A stretch of DNA of 64,000 bases from an uncultured Candidatus Binatia bacterium (GCA_965218395.1 OZ244620.1:2961546-3025545), one strand, 5' to 3'. Positions 18,151 to 27,359 are shown, counted from the first letter of the stretch. The notes: generated from the sequence alone by a model not told the origin. Translations and numbers: made by a program.

Positions 18151-18454
18151 GCCACAAACAACGACCCCGACGCTGGACGAGGAGGCGGCAATCCGCGCGG
18201 GCATTGCCTCCGACCCGGATACCTTTGAACTCGACGACGAGTGGTTCGCAAAAGCCCGCCCGGTGAGCGATGCACACCCTCGGATCGTTGAACGCGACAG
18301 GCGCCGTAGGGGCCGACAGCAGGCACCGACCAAGGAGCATATCTCTATTCGGTTGGACGCCGACCTGGCCGCTTACTTTCGTAGCAGCGGACCGGGCTGG
18401 CAGACACGCCTGAACGACACGCTGCGGCAGGCGGTTTTTGGTCGGAGAGAGTGA
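18137..18454 (+). CDS. brnA: BrnA-family antitoxin
   Basis: Overlaps brnT by 14 nt. The C-terminal block ISIRLDADLAAYFRSSGPGWQTRLNDTLRQAV is typical of BrnA. Confidence 0.7.
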   Translation: MPKLKPQTTTPTLDEEAAIRAGIASDPDTFELDDEWFAKARPVSDAHPRIVERDRRRRGRQQAPTKEHISIRLDADLAAYFRSSGPGWQTRLNDTLRQAVFGRRE

Positions 18455-18594
18455 CTGCGCGTCGGCTCGCACGTATCCCCCCCGACCTCCTTCGACTTCG
18501 CTCTGCTCAGGGTAGATCCCTCACCTCCGTTCGTGCTGAGCGTAGCCCCAGAGGGGCGAAGTCGCAGTACGCTCAGGCCAGGCCCTCACCCCGG

Positions 18595-18615
18595 CCCTCT
18601 CCCAGAGGGAGAGGG
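18595..18615. repeat. Palindromic repeat CCCTCTCCC-AGA-GGGAGAGGG, plus a half-copy GAGGGAGAGGGAGG at ~18627-18640
   Basis: Perfect 9-bp inverted repeat between the convergent brnA and GST genes. Confidence 0.55.
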
Positions 18616-18659
18616 GGAGAATGATAGACAGAGGGAGAGGGAGGAAAATGACTGAACGG

Positions 18660-19289
18660 TTATGCCTTGGCGCTCGGTCGTGAGGAGACGTCCGCGTGCC
18701 AGCGTTTGGTGTTGGTGTTGGCCTCGGGAATGCCCATCTTGGCGAAACCGGCAAAATCGACCACACACAGCGCGGTGATATCGGCAACGGTGTAGCGCTC
18801 TCCGGCAACATAGTTGCTCTGGCTGAGCCGTTGTTCCAGTCGTTCATAGAAGCGCTCAACGCCGGCCTTCCCCCGCGCGGCCAGGTCGGGAATGGCCTGG
18901 ACATTCTCCAGACCGGGCAAGCCCCGGTTCTTAAAGGCGTCAAACGAGTTGCGAAACATCTCGCCCGTGGGATTGAGACCGTCGAATTCCATATGGCGTT
19001 GCCACGACTCGATCTGGGCCTTCTCCAAGGCGTCCCGGCCCATGAGGTTGGGCTCCGGCTGCGTCTCTTCAATATAGCGACAAATCGCGATGGTCTCGTC
19101 GATGCGGTTCCCGTCGTCGAGTTCAAGCGTGGGCAGCAGTCCGCGCGGATTCACCGCCAGATATTCCGGCTTGAGATTTTCTCCTTCGATAATGCTGACC
19201 TCGGTCTTCGGAATATCGACCCCTTTTTCTGCCAGAAAGACACGCACCCGACGTGGGTTGGGGGCCATTTGGCAATCGTACAGTTTCAT
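18660..19289 (-). CDS. Glutathione S-transferase
   Basis: MKLYDCQMAPNPRRVRVFLAEKG... GST N- and C-domains. ATG with an AAGGAGAA RBS, internal to ORF 18660-19577. Confidence 0.85.
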   Translation of the reverse strand: MKLYDCQMAPNPRRVRVFLAEKGVDIPKTEVSIIEGENLKPEYLAVNPRGLLPTLELDDGNRIDETIAICRYIEETQPEPNLMGRDALEKAQIESWQRHMEFDGLNPTGEMFRNSFDAFKNRGLPGLENVQAIPDLAARGKAGVERFYERLEQRLSQSNYVAGERYTVADITALCVVDFAGFAKMGIPEANTNTKRWHADVSSRPSAKA

Positions 19290-19467
19290 ACTGTTCTCCT
19301 TTCTCTTCTCTGGCTTTGCTCCGGTGTGAAAACAAGACAGAACAATAGCCCTCCCAAGCGAGGATGCAAGCCCGGTCGGGCCGGTCGCGACACTCGGCGG
19401 TCCTTTAGACCGGCGCGCTGACGGGCTATGCTGGGGGCGGATCATAGATATTGCAAAGGGGAAGCGT

Positions 19468-20781
19468 ATGCAGAGCAAGCTGGGGTGGACACTGCTGAGT
19501 CTCACCGTTGTGGTGTTTGGGGCGGTGTCGTCTGGCCGGGCGGACGTCAGTCCCGGTGACACCATCACCGCGGCCAATATGGCTCAGGCCGCCGAACTGC
19601 TCACACCGTCCACCCGCTGGATGTTGGAGCAGGGCATGACGATGGGGATCGGAGAGCCGCGTCCCTATACCTGGCCGCAGGCGTATCAAGACGCCACGGA
19701 GCGATACGCGGGACAGGTTGTCATCTCCGCCGACGGACGAGAAATAGCGAACTATATCGCCGGGGCGCCGTTTCCGGTCATTCCTGCCCAGGACCATCTG
19801 GCCGGATACAAGATCATGTGGAACCATGCCCAGCCGCCCTATAGCATCGACAATATCGGGGCGAGCTATGTGGCTCATCTCGTCGACAGCCAGGGTAATG
19901 TGGACCAGTCCTTTGAGAATTCGTGGCGGCGGGTGATGTGGACGGGTCGCCTGTACACGGACCCCAAGCCCATCATCCCGCATAATCCGGCGGTGCGGCA
20001 CAGTCATATGTGGGGACCGCTGGTATTGCCCCACCGCCATAAAGGGCTGGCCGTGCTCGAATTTCGCTATATCCCGGCCAGTGCGGCGGACGACACCTAT
20101 GTCTACTCGCCACAACTCCGCCGCGTGCGGCGGATCAGTGTGGCGGACCGTAGCGCCAGTATTTGGGGCTCGGATTATGATCTTGACTCGTTTTATGGCT
20201 TTAATGCGAAAATCGGAAGCTGGGATTTCAGGCTCCTGGCGGAAAAAGACGTGCTCGGGGTGCTGCACAGCGGCCGCTACGGGGACCCGGCCGAGTGGTG
20301 CGGCCAACGGGATACAGGCCAGGGCTTCCGGGCAGCGCTGCCGTGTGTGACCTGGGAAAAACGGCGGGTGTGGGTCGTGGAGGCCAGGCCGCTCAACTCC
20401 CCCAGAAAGTACGCCTATTCAAAGCGGGTGCTCTACGTTGACCAGGAAACCTTCGGCGTCGGAATCGCCGAGATGTACGACACGAATGGGGAACTCCAAA
20501 AGGGGCTCGTCCACTGTGCCTTTGTGACAAAAAAACCGCATGACGGCTATCCGTCCAACCCGCTCTCCGGGGCGCGCTATAACTACCGGGAAGAACAACT
20601 GTTTGTCCCCAACTTCGTGATGATTGATTTTCAGAAAATGCTGGCCACGGTGGGCGAAATTCCATCGACCGAACAACACCCGTCTGAATGGGAAGGGGAG
20701 CCATATTTCAACGAAGCCGGAGTCAGAGGAGCGGACCCGGATTCGCATACGACCAACGCCCTGATGGAAATGGGGCGCTAG
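19468..20781 (+). CDS. DUF1329-family secreted protein
   Basis: Signal peptide followed by conserved DUF1329-like blocks (YVYSPQLRRVRRISVADRS...GSDYDLDSFYGF...WDFRLL). 437 aa. Confidence 0.7.
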   Translation: MQSKLGWTLLSLTVVVFGAVSSGRADVSPGDTITAANMAQAAELLTPSTRWMLEQGMTMGIGEPRPYTWPQAYQDATERYAGQVVISADGREIANYIAGAPFPVIPAQDHLAGYKIMWNHAQPPYSIDNIGASYVAHLVDSQGNVDQSFENSWRRVMWTGRLYTDPKPIIPHNPAVRHSHMWGPLVLPHRHKGLAVLEFRYIPASAADDTYVYSPQLRRVRRISVADRSASIWGSDYDLDSFYGFNAKIGSWDFRLLAEKDVLGVLHSGRYGDPAEWCGQRDTGQGFRAALPCVTWEKRRVWVVEARPLNSPRKYAYSKRVLYVDQETFGVGIAEMYDTNGELQKGLVHCAFVTKKPHDGYPSNPLSGARYNYREEQLFVPNFVMIDFQKMLATVGEIPSTEQHPSEWEGEPYFNEAGVRGADPDSHTTNALMEMGR

Positions 20782-20803
20782 GCGGCGCTGTCGGGTTGCC
20801 TCC

Positions 20804-22090
20804 CTACTCGACCTGCCTGATTGCCGTCCGCAGAAAAACGAACCCGACTACGACGACCATCGCGCCGCTCATCACGATGCAGGTCGTCAGGGGGCCGATG
20901 GCGTCGACCAGGACCCCGGACAGGGGGGCGCCGAGTAGGCCGGCGGCTCCCATAAAACCGATCGTATAGACGGACAGCACGCGGGCGCGATTGGCGACGC
21001 TGGCCTGCTCCTGATACACCGTCCGGCCGGCGTTGATAAAGATGGCCGCGCTGACTCCCCAGGCGCACACGGCCAGCAGGGTGCCCCAAAAGGGCAGTCC
21101 GAACGAAACCATAAAGAGGCAGCCCGAGCCGAACAGGAGGGCCACGATCTGGGCTTCGCCCTTATGCCGAATCCCACCCGCCCAGAGCATGCACACCGAG
21201 CCAATAATTGTTCCCAGCGGAAAGGTCATATTGAGGAGGGCCAGTTGGTCTACCCCGCCGTGGTAAAAGTCGCGGACTAAGAGGGGCAGGACCACCAGGA
21301 AGGGGCCAATAAAGAAGATGCCGACCGCCACGGCGAGCAGCAGCGTGGCCGAGAGGGCCGGTGACTGGCGGACCTCTCGCACCCCCTCAATCACGTCCGA
21401 GAGATGCAGACTGCCCTGAGAGCGGCGTTTCTTCGGGCTGGACATCTTGCGTAACGGCGGAATACCGGCCAGCAGCACCAGACTGTGCAAGCCCAAGGCC
21501 GGAACCGTCCCGATCCAGCGGGCTGTCCCTGCCAGCAGAGAGCCGCATATTTGCATGCCCCACTGTGTCATGGTCATGCCGGTTACCGAGTGCAACATAT
21601 TGGCGCCCGCCACCTGAGAGAGTTGCGCGTCACGCGCTGGCATGACAAACGCCTGGACCGTTCCCATCCCAATGGCATAGGCGATCAGGAGCGGCAGGGA
21701 CAAGCACGCATTGGCGACGGCCAGGAAGAGACCGGCAGAAATGCCGCTCGCAATCAGGTGCAGGATCATCAGCAGACGCCGCTGGTCATAGCGATCAGCA
21801 ATGGCTCCACCGGGCAGGGCCAAAAGAACTGACGGAATCATCATCGCGCTCTGGGTGATCCCGACCCATTCTGCCTCGGCGTTGAGCACGCCGACCACCA
21901 GCCAGGAAAAAAGAACGCCCTGCATGCCGATGGCCATAAACCAACTGCCGGTTCCAGCCAGAAACCAGAAGTAGGGCGCTGGCAGGTGGGCCGGTGAGCG
22001 CGGTTGAGCGGAAGACGGAGGAAGGCCCTGAGAGGCGTCAGGCGGAGCCGCAGGGGAGGGTGCTGTGTTTGGCGAAGAAGCGTGCGACAA
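20804..22090 (-). CDS. MFS transporter
   Basis: 428 aa, 12 predicted TM segments, MFS-type N-terminal half. Confidence 0.8.
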   Translation of the reverse strand: MSHASSPNTAPSPAAPPDASQGLPPSSAQPRSPAHLPAPYFWFLAGTGSWFMAIGMQGVLFSWLVVGVLNAEAEWVGITQSAMMIPSVLLALPGGAIADRYDQRRLLMILHLIASGISAGLFLAVANACLSLPLLIAYAIGMGTVQAFVMPARDAQLSQVAGANMLHSVTGMTMTQWGMQICGSLLAGTARWIGTVPALGLHSLVLLAGIPPLRKMSSPKKRRSQGSLHLSDVIEGVREVRQSPALSATLLLAVAVGIFFIGPFLVVLPLLVRDFYHGGVDQLALLNMTFPLGTIIGSVCMLWAGGIRHKGEAQIVALLFGSGCLFMVSFGLPFWGTLLAVCAWGVSAAIFINAGRTVYQEQASVANRARVLSVYTIGFMGAAGLLGAPLSGVLVDAIGPLTTCIVMSGAMVVVVGFVFLRTAIRQVE

Positions 22091-22229
22091 TGCGAGCGTC
22101 CTTGATGGTTTGAGCGAGGGAGTTGTAGACAGATGAGCGACGGCAGCATACCGGACCAGGGTCGCTCAAGCGAGGGGGGAATCGCCATATACCTGTTGGG
22201 TGCTCCTTGAAGGGAGAGGACCCCTCGGG

Positions 22230-23366
22230 ATGCGTGCAGGCGGGAGTCTGAAGATGGTTTTCAGAAGTGTGGGTATCCTCGTTAGTCTCTTGATCGTCGC
22301 TGGAGCAAGCCTTGCCCAGGCGCAGTCTTCTCCGCTGGCCCGGCTTTCTCTTCCCCCCGGCTTTCAGATCGCCGTATATGCGCCCCGCGTCCCCAATGCG
22401 CGTGCGCTTGCCCTGGGGGCCCAGGGGACAGTCTTTGTCGGCACGCAGCGCGCGGGAAAAGTCTATGCGGTGGTCGATCGCAACCAGGACCAGCGGGCCG
22501 ATGCGGTGCATACGCTTGCCGAGGGCTTATCCATGCCGAGTGGCGTGGCCTTTCGTGACGGGGCGCTGTACGTGGCCGAGGTCAACCGCATTCTCCGTTT
22601 TGATGCTATTGAGTCCCGGCTCAGCAACCCGCCCCCGCCGGTTGTGGTGAACGATACCCTCCCGCGCGACAGATGGCACGGCTGGAAGTTTATCCGCTTT
22701 GGACCCGATGATTTATTATACGTCCCCGTCGGTGCCCCGTGTAATGTGTGTACCAAGAGTGACCCCCGCTATGCCTCGATTCTCCGCATGCAGCCGGACG
22801 GCAGCGGGCTGGAAAACTTTGCCCGCGGCGTGCGTAATACCGTCGGGTTTGACTGGCATCCTGAAACCCAGGAACTCTGGTTTACGGACAACGGTCGGGA
22901 CTGGCTGGGCGATGATGCCCCGCCGTGTGAACTCAATCATGCCCCGCGGCCCGGCTTGCACTTCGGGTTCCCGTACTGTCATGCCAGCAGCATCCCCGAC
23001 CCGGACTTCGGGTCGGAGCGGCCCTGCAGCGCATTGACCCCACCCGCGCAGGAACTCGGACCCCACGTCGCACCCTTGGGCATGCGTTTTTATACGGGCG
23101 CCATGTTCCCGGCCTCCTATCGGAATCAGATTTTTATTGCCGAGCACGGCTCGTGGAACCGCAGCACCCCGATCGGCTATCGGCTGATGCTGGTCCGCCT
23201 GGAGAACAATACCGCAACGAGCTACGAGGTCTTTGCCGAAGGCTGGCTCCAGAAAGACGGAGCCTGGGGGCGGCCGGTTGATGTCCTGGTAATGCCGGAT
23301 GGGGCGCTGCTGGTGTCCGATGATCGCGCCGGGGTGATTTATCGGATCAGCTATCAGGGCAAGTAG
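22230..23366 (+). CDS. PQQ-dependent sugar dehydrogenase (glucose/sorbosone dehydrogenase family), secreted
   Basis: Signal peptide and SGDH blocks (GLSMPSGVAFRDGALYVAEVNRILRF; WFTDNGRDWLGDDAPPCELN). Alternative start at 22254. Confidence 0.85.
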   Translation: MRAGGSLKMVFRSVGILVSLLIVAGASLAQAQSSPLARLSLPPGFQIAVYAPRVPNARALALGAQGTVFVGTQRAGKVYAVVDRNQDQRADAVHTLAEGLSMPSGVAFRDGALYVAEVNRILRFDAIESRLSNPPPPVVVNDTLPRDRWHGWKFIRFGPDDLLYVPVGAPCNVCTKSDPRYASILRMQPDGSGLENFARGVRNTVGFDWHPETQELWFTDNGRDWLGDDAPPCELNHAPRPGLHFGFPYCHASSIPDPDFGSERPCSALTPPAQELGPHVAPLGMRFYTGAMFPASYRNQIFIAEHGSWNRSTPIGYRLMLVRLENNTATSYEVFAEGWLQKDGAWGRPVDVLVMPDGALLVSDDRAGVIYRISYQGK

Positions 23367-23389
23367 ACGCTCAGGTCTGCTCAAAAGGA

Positions 23390-23908
23390 TTGGAAGGCTG
23401 TATGGCCGACGCACCGAGTGACATAAAAATACGCCTGCTGACTGAGAACGACCGTGAGGCCGCCCTCGCCGTCATTAATACTGCGGCGCGTTGGTACCGG
23501 GAATTTTTACCGACCGAGGAGTACCACGACCCGGAGATGACATCCGAGGACTGGGCCGCAGAGGCGCAACGGCTCAGCTGGTATGGGGCCTTTGGCCCGG
23601 ATAGGCTGCTTGGCGTGATGGGCCTGGAATATGTCAAGGACGTTACTCTCCTGCGTCACGCCTATATCCTGCCCGACCGGCAGCGGCACGGTATCGGCTC
23701 TCTCCTGCGGGCATACCTGGAGCGGCAGATTCGCGGCGTGCGCCGCATCGTGGTTGGCACCTATGCCGGTAATTACAAAGCGCGGAGCGCCCTGGAAGCC
23801 GCCGGCTATACGCTCTCAGCGGACCCGGCGTCTGTCCTCCGGGCCTATTACGCTATCCCCGAAGACCGCCTCCAGTCTTCCGTCACGTATGAGAAAGAGA
23901 TCTGGTGA
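23390..23908 (+). CDS. GNAT family N-acetyltransferase
   Basis: GNAT motif A region (QRHGIGSLLRAYLE). 172 aa. Confidence 0.8.
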   Translation: MEGCMADAPSDIKIRLLTENDREAALAVINTAARWYREFLPTEEYHDPEMTSEDWAAEAQRLSWYGAFGPDRLLGVMGLEYVKDVTLLRHAYILPDRQRHGIGSLLRAYLERQIRGVRRIVVGTYAGNYKARSALEAAGYTLSADPASVLRAYYAIPEDRLQSSVTYEKEIW

Positions 23909-23997
23909 GCCTGGGCGAACCCGCCTTGCATTCGAGGCCAGAGCAGACGGGCTACCCAGGACGCCCCGCCCGCCTGCGCTCTTCGCTCAGCAGCCAC

Positions 23998-24450
23998 TCA
24001 GGGTAATATATCTAGGCACGCCGTGAGGGCAGTGACTTTCCTCGGGTCATCCGCCAATTTGGGAGTTATCCCATATTTGTGGATATATTCCTTTAACGAG
24101 TAGCCGGACCCCTCGCGGGATGCCCTGTCCACGTCGAGACAATATTGCATCGCCTGCAATTCCACCAATTCCGCGCAGCTCTTCCTTGCGTATAAACCAC
24201 GAAGATATTTAGATCGTAACGCAAGGTCATTGACGCCTTCGTAGTTCCCGTTCTGATAGGCATTCATCATTGCGGTCAACACTTGCTCCCTGGTCTCCTC
24301 TATCTCGTCACACGAAAGTTGGGTGTCCGTCGGTACTGTCACGAGGTATCGCGGCGGCCCTGCCAGGACTCTTTCCCATTCCTGCGCGGTACACCCACTC
24401 AGACCCAGGAGCAGGACCGCAAGGAGCATCCTCTTGCTGCCTTGTCTCAT
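23998..24450 (-). CDS. Hypothetical lipoprotein in a lower-GC segment
   Basis: MRQGSKRMLLAVLLLGLSGC lipobox, GGAGGAAGG RBS. Local GC is visibly lower than the flanks. Confidence 0.5.
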   Translation of the reverse strand: MRQGSKRMLLAVLLLGLSGCTAQEWERVLAGPPRYLVTVPTDTQLSCDEIEETREQVLTAMMNAYQNGNYEGVNDLALRSKYLRGLYARKSCAELVELQAMQYCLDVDRASREGSGYSLKEYIHKYGITPKLADDPRKVTALTACLDILP

Positions 24451-24861
24451 CGCGCCTTCCTCCCCGGTATCACATGCTCGATGAAGCTGTGGTTCTGGCT
24501 CAATAGATACTGTTCCCCATTCGGCAACGTGAGGCGCACAATCCAATACCAGCGACAGGGCAAGGCTTGAAGCATTCCCGCCTGCTAGGTCTCCGCTGAC
24601 AGCCGCCCTATCACGGCCTATGCATCAGCCAGGAGTTCCGGTGATTGGGCACAGACGAAATACCAGTCACAATACTGGGCGGCGCAGGTTGTAGTCATAC
24701 GTCGGCTCGGTGCGCTGCTCGGCGGACGAAACCAGGGCAAAAGCATTGCTGCCAAATGAGGGTGCGCAGCCAATGGTGGGGGCGAAGACGCCGAGTTCAA
24801 GATGTCGGTCGCTCACGAAATTTCTCCTTATACGTGCTCTCGTCTACAAGATTCGCCGGAG

Positions 24862-25368
24862 TCAGGCCGCATCCGTCGGACCGGATGCGGCCGGCGACGG
24901 AAACCAGCGCGGGGTGGCCGCCTGATAGGCCACATAGTCCTCGCCAAACCGTTTTCTCAGGGCAGGCTCCTCACTATGCAGCACGAGGGTGCGACTGACC
25001 AGCAGCAGCAACAGGGTATAGAGCAGGACGGGGACGGATGGAAACCAGACGATTTGGCCACCCAGCAGGGCAAACAGGCCGACCAGCATGGGATGCTGAA
25101 TACGGGCATACGGGCCGGCAACGACCATGCGCTGGGGTGGGTCGAGTGGGAACGGAGTGCCGACGCCGCGTCGGACAAGATAATACGCCGCCGCAAAGAG
25201 TAGGGCTCCTCCAGCCAGGCAGAGCAGGAAGCCGAGCAGGGAAAACACAACCGAGAAGGGCAGCGGTGGCGCCGCCTCAAGGGGCCGCAGTTTCCAGGGC
25301 AGATAGCCGACCAGGAAGCCGGGAATGACAAGCGTGTACACCGTAGCGCGGAGCCGGAGAGACAGCAT
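24862..25368 (-). CDS. Isoprenylcysteine carboxyl methyltransferase (ICMT/PEMT) family membrane methyltransferase
   Basis: GPYARIQHPMLVG motif and a C-terminal ...EE..L...FG..Y..Y pattern. Polytopic membrane protein. Confidence 0.7.
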   Translation of the reverse strand: MLSLRLRATVYTLVIPGFLVGYLPWKLRPLEAAPPLPFSVVFSLLGFLLCLAGGALLFAAAYYLVRRGVGTPFPLDPPQRMVVAGPYARIQHPMLVGLFALLGGQIVWFPSVPVLLYTLLLLLVSRTLVLHSEEPALRKRFGEDYVAYQAATPRWFPSPAASGPTDAA

Positions 25369-25441
25369 GGCAAGGTCTCAAGCGTATGCGGGTCGCAGTC
25401 CGCTTCCCGCTCCCTCTGAGCGGGAGCCTGGGAAGGGGGTT

Positions 25442-26215
25442 CTACACTCCGCGAAAATGCGGCGTGCGTTTCTCCAACATGGCGCGCACGCCTTCGTTGG
25501 CGTCTTCGCTCTTGCGCGCCTGACGGACCAGGCTGTTGAGATCGTCGTGGTCTATGCCGTCCCGGAGCGAGATCATCCGCAGAATGCTCTTTTTCATGCC
25601 GGCCAGAGACAGCGGTGCGTTGGCGGCAATCGTCCGGGCCAGGGCTAGCGTGGCCGCTTCCAACTCGTCGGCAGCAACGAGCTGATGCACCATGCCGATT
25701 TCATACGCCCGCTGGGCGTTTACGGGCTGGCCCGTCAAGAGAATCTGCTTGGTGAAGGCCGGACCGACAATCTCAACGAGTTTTTGACCCAACCGAAACG
25801 GAGCAATGAGCCCCAGCCGGGCCAGGGGCATGCCAAACCGGGCGACTTCCGAGACCACGCGCAGATCACAGTGCAGGGCGAGTTCGCAGCCGCCGGCCAG
25901 GGCATCGCCCTGGACCATGGCAATGGTCGGATGGCGCGACGTTTCGATTTTTCCGAGCAGCTCAATAATACCGCTTTCCGCATCTTCGTCGCTGTGCTGA
26001 CGGGCGTTCAACTCCCGCAGGTCCAGGCCGGCACAAAAGGCTTTGCCCTCGCCACGGACGATAATCGCGCGGACATCATTGTTGGTCTCCAGTTCGCCAA
26101 AATAATGCTCCAATCCCTCCAGCACCGCCGTATTCATGGCGTTCCGCTTTTCCGGTCGGTTCAGGGTAATGGTGGCAATGCCTTCGTTGATTGAGCACAG
26201 GATTTCTTCAGCCAC
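25442..26215 (-). CDS. Enoyl-CoA hydratase/isomerase (crotonase family)
   Basis: ATITLNRPEKRNAMN...AFCAGLDL crotonase signature. Confidence 0.9.
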   Translation of the reverse strand: MAEEILCSINEGIATITLNRPEKRNAMNTAVLEGLEHYFGELETNNDVRAIIVRGEGKAFCAGLDLRELNARQHSDEDAESGIIELLGKIETSRHPTIAMVQGDALAGGCELALHCDLRVVSEVARFGMPLARLGLIAPFRLGQKLVEIVGPAFTKQILLTGQPVNAQRAYEIGMVHQLVAADELEAATLALARTIAANAPLSLAGMKKSILRMISLRDGIDHDDLNSLVRQARKSEDANEGVRAMLEKRTPHFRGV

Positions 26216-26343
26216 ACGCGCCTCCTTAGAGTGGACACAGACGTGCGCTCAGCTAAGCGGTTTCTTTGGGGAAGGTCAAGGTGACGGGAGCGGGAGATTA
26301 GGGGATTTTCTGTATATGAAGGCTATACTTCCCTGCTGCCCTC

Positions 26344-26580
26344 ATGAATAGTGGGGCTGTGGATAATCATCCGAATAAGCATATTCGGAGGGCCGTTGAA
26401 TATGCTCTCAACCATGGCTGGGTATTGCGTAAGTCTGGTCCAAGGGCGCATATTTGGGGAAGGCTGCACTGTTCACACGGTGATAGGACTGGTTGCAGTC
26501 GAGCTGTATATTCAACGCCAAAGCATCGAGAGGAACACGCTAAAGATATTCGCCGCGCTGTTGACCGCTGTCCCCACTAG
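26344..26580 (+). CDS. HicA-like toxin (tentative)
   Basis: 78 aa. NHGWVLRKSGPRAHIWGRLH resembles the HicA GWxxxRxxGSHxxxxH core. Lies in a ~0.7 kb low-GC islet. Confidence 0.45.
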   Translation: MNSGAVDNHPNKHIRRAVEYALNHGWVLRKSGPRAHIWGRLHCSHGDRTGCSRAVYSTPKHREEHAKDIRRAVDRCPH

Positions 26581-26620
26581 AAGCGGTAGAATATTCTTCC
26601 ATTCATTAAAGGACGCCAAG

Positions 26621-26881
26621 ATGGCCAGATACGAGTTCACGTTAATTCTCTCAGGTTCACTGGAATTGACCGAAGACATTGCCGATGCGTTGTTTGAAGC
26701 TGGCTGCGATGATGGAACGCCTGGGACGTGTAATGGGGTATTTTCTATTGATTTCCATCGGGATGCCGATTCGTTAGAAGAAGCTATCCTCTCTGCAATC
26801 GGTCATGTGAACTCCGCTGGCTACGAGGTAGAACGAGTAGAAATTGAGGCCGGCGCAGTTACCGCACAGGTAAACCTCTGA
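26621..26881 (+). CDS. HicB-like antitoxin (tentative)
   Basis: 86 aa. ...GTPGTCNGVFSIDFHRDADSLEEAILSAIGHV resembles the HicB PGCxTxGxTxEEAxxNxxEAI block. Sits immediately downstream of the HicA-like gene. Confidence 0.45.
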   Translation: MARYEFTLILSGSLELTEDIADALFEAGCDDGTPGTCNGVFSIDFHRDADSLEEAILSAIGHVNSAGYEVERVEIEAGAVTAQVNL

Positions 26882-26909
26882 GCAGCCTCCGGGCTTATTT
26901 TGAAAGCGC

Positions 26910-27311
26910 CTATACCAGCGGGCGGCTGTTGAGACTCGGTGGAGGGGTGGGGGGATTGGGATCGTCGGGCTCCCGTTCGGTGTCCGCCGAGTCGGTCAGA
27001 AAGACAATCTCCGCCAGCAGACCGGTCACCAGAAAGAGGAGGACGGCACTGCCCCAGTAACTGATATGGAGGGCATAAAACGCGCCAATCGACAGCACGG
27101 CGGCGGCGATGGCGCACACGCTGGACAGCCGGGGTGGGAGCTTCACCGGCTTTTTGTAGCGGGCCGGGAGAAGCCCTATCAGCAGTCCGAACGGGCCGAT
27201 CAATACGCCGCCAATCAACCGGCCTTGCCACTCCCGGCCCTTGCTGGCCGCAATACAGGCCGACAGGACCGCGCACAGGAACCAGAGACCGATGAAGACG
27301 AGGAGTTTCAT
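26910..27311 (-). CDS. Hypothetical small membrane protein
   Basis: 133 aa, three predicted TM segments, Pro-rich C-terminus. Confidence 0.4.
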   Translation of the reverse strand: MKLLVFIGLWFLCAVLSACIAASKGREWQGRLIGGVLIGPFGLLIGLLPARYKKPVKLPPRLSSVCAIAAAVLSIGAFYALHISYWGSAVLLFLVTGLLAEIVFLTDSADTEREPDDPNPPTPPPSLNSRPLV

Positions 27312-27340
27312 TGGGGTTCACCCTCAAGAGAAACCCTCAC

Positions 27341-27359
27341 CCTCTTCCTCAGGGAGAGG
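27341..27359. repeat. Palindromic repeat CCTCTTCC-TCA-GGGAGAGG (GGGAGAGGG family, one G-U pair)
   Basis: Inverted repeat between the membrane protein gene and the DUF35 gene. Confidence 0.45.

Noticed and set aside
18696-19421. 241-aa plus-strand ORF antisense to the GST gene
   Set aside because: The opposite strand encodes a clearly conserved GST with a strong RBS. The antisense frame has no recognisable features.
19426-20307. 293-aa minus-strand ORF antisense to the DUF1329 gene
   Set aside because: The plus-strand product has a signal peptide and DUF1329-like blocks. The antisense frame is Arg/Pro/Gly-rich low complexity.
24618-24816. Short minus-strand ORFs (60 aa track ORF; 50-codon GTG-initiated frame with good RBS) possibly representing an LLM-type oxidoreductase N-terminal fragment
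   Set aside because: They are too short, and the resemblance (LGVFAP...) is limited to a few residues. They are reported only as a possible gene remnant inside the low-GC segment, not as a feature.
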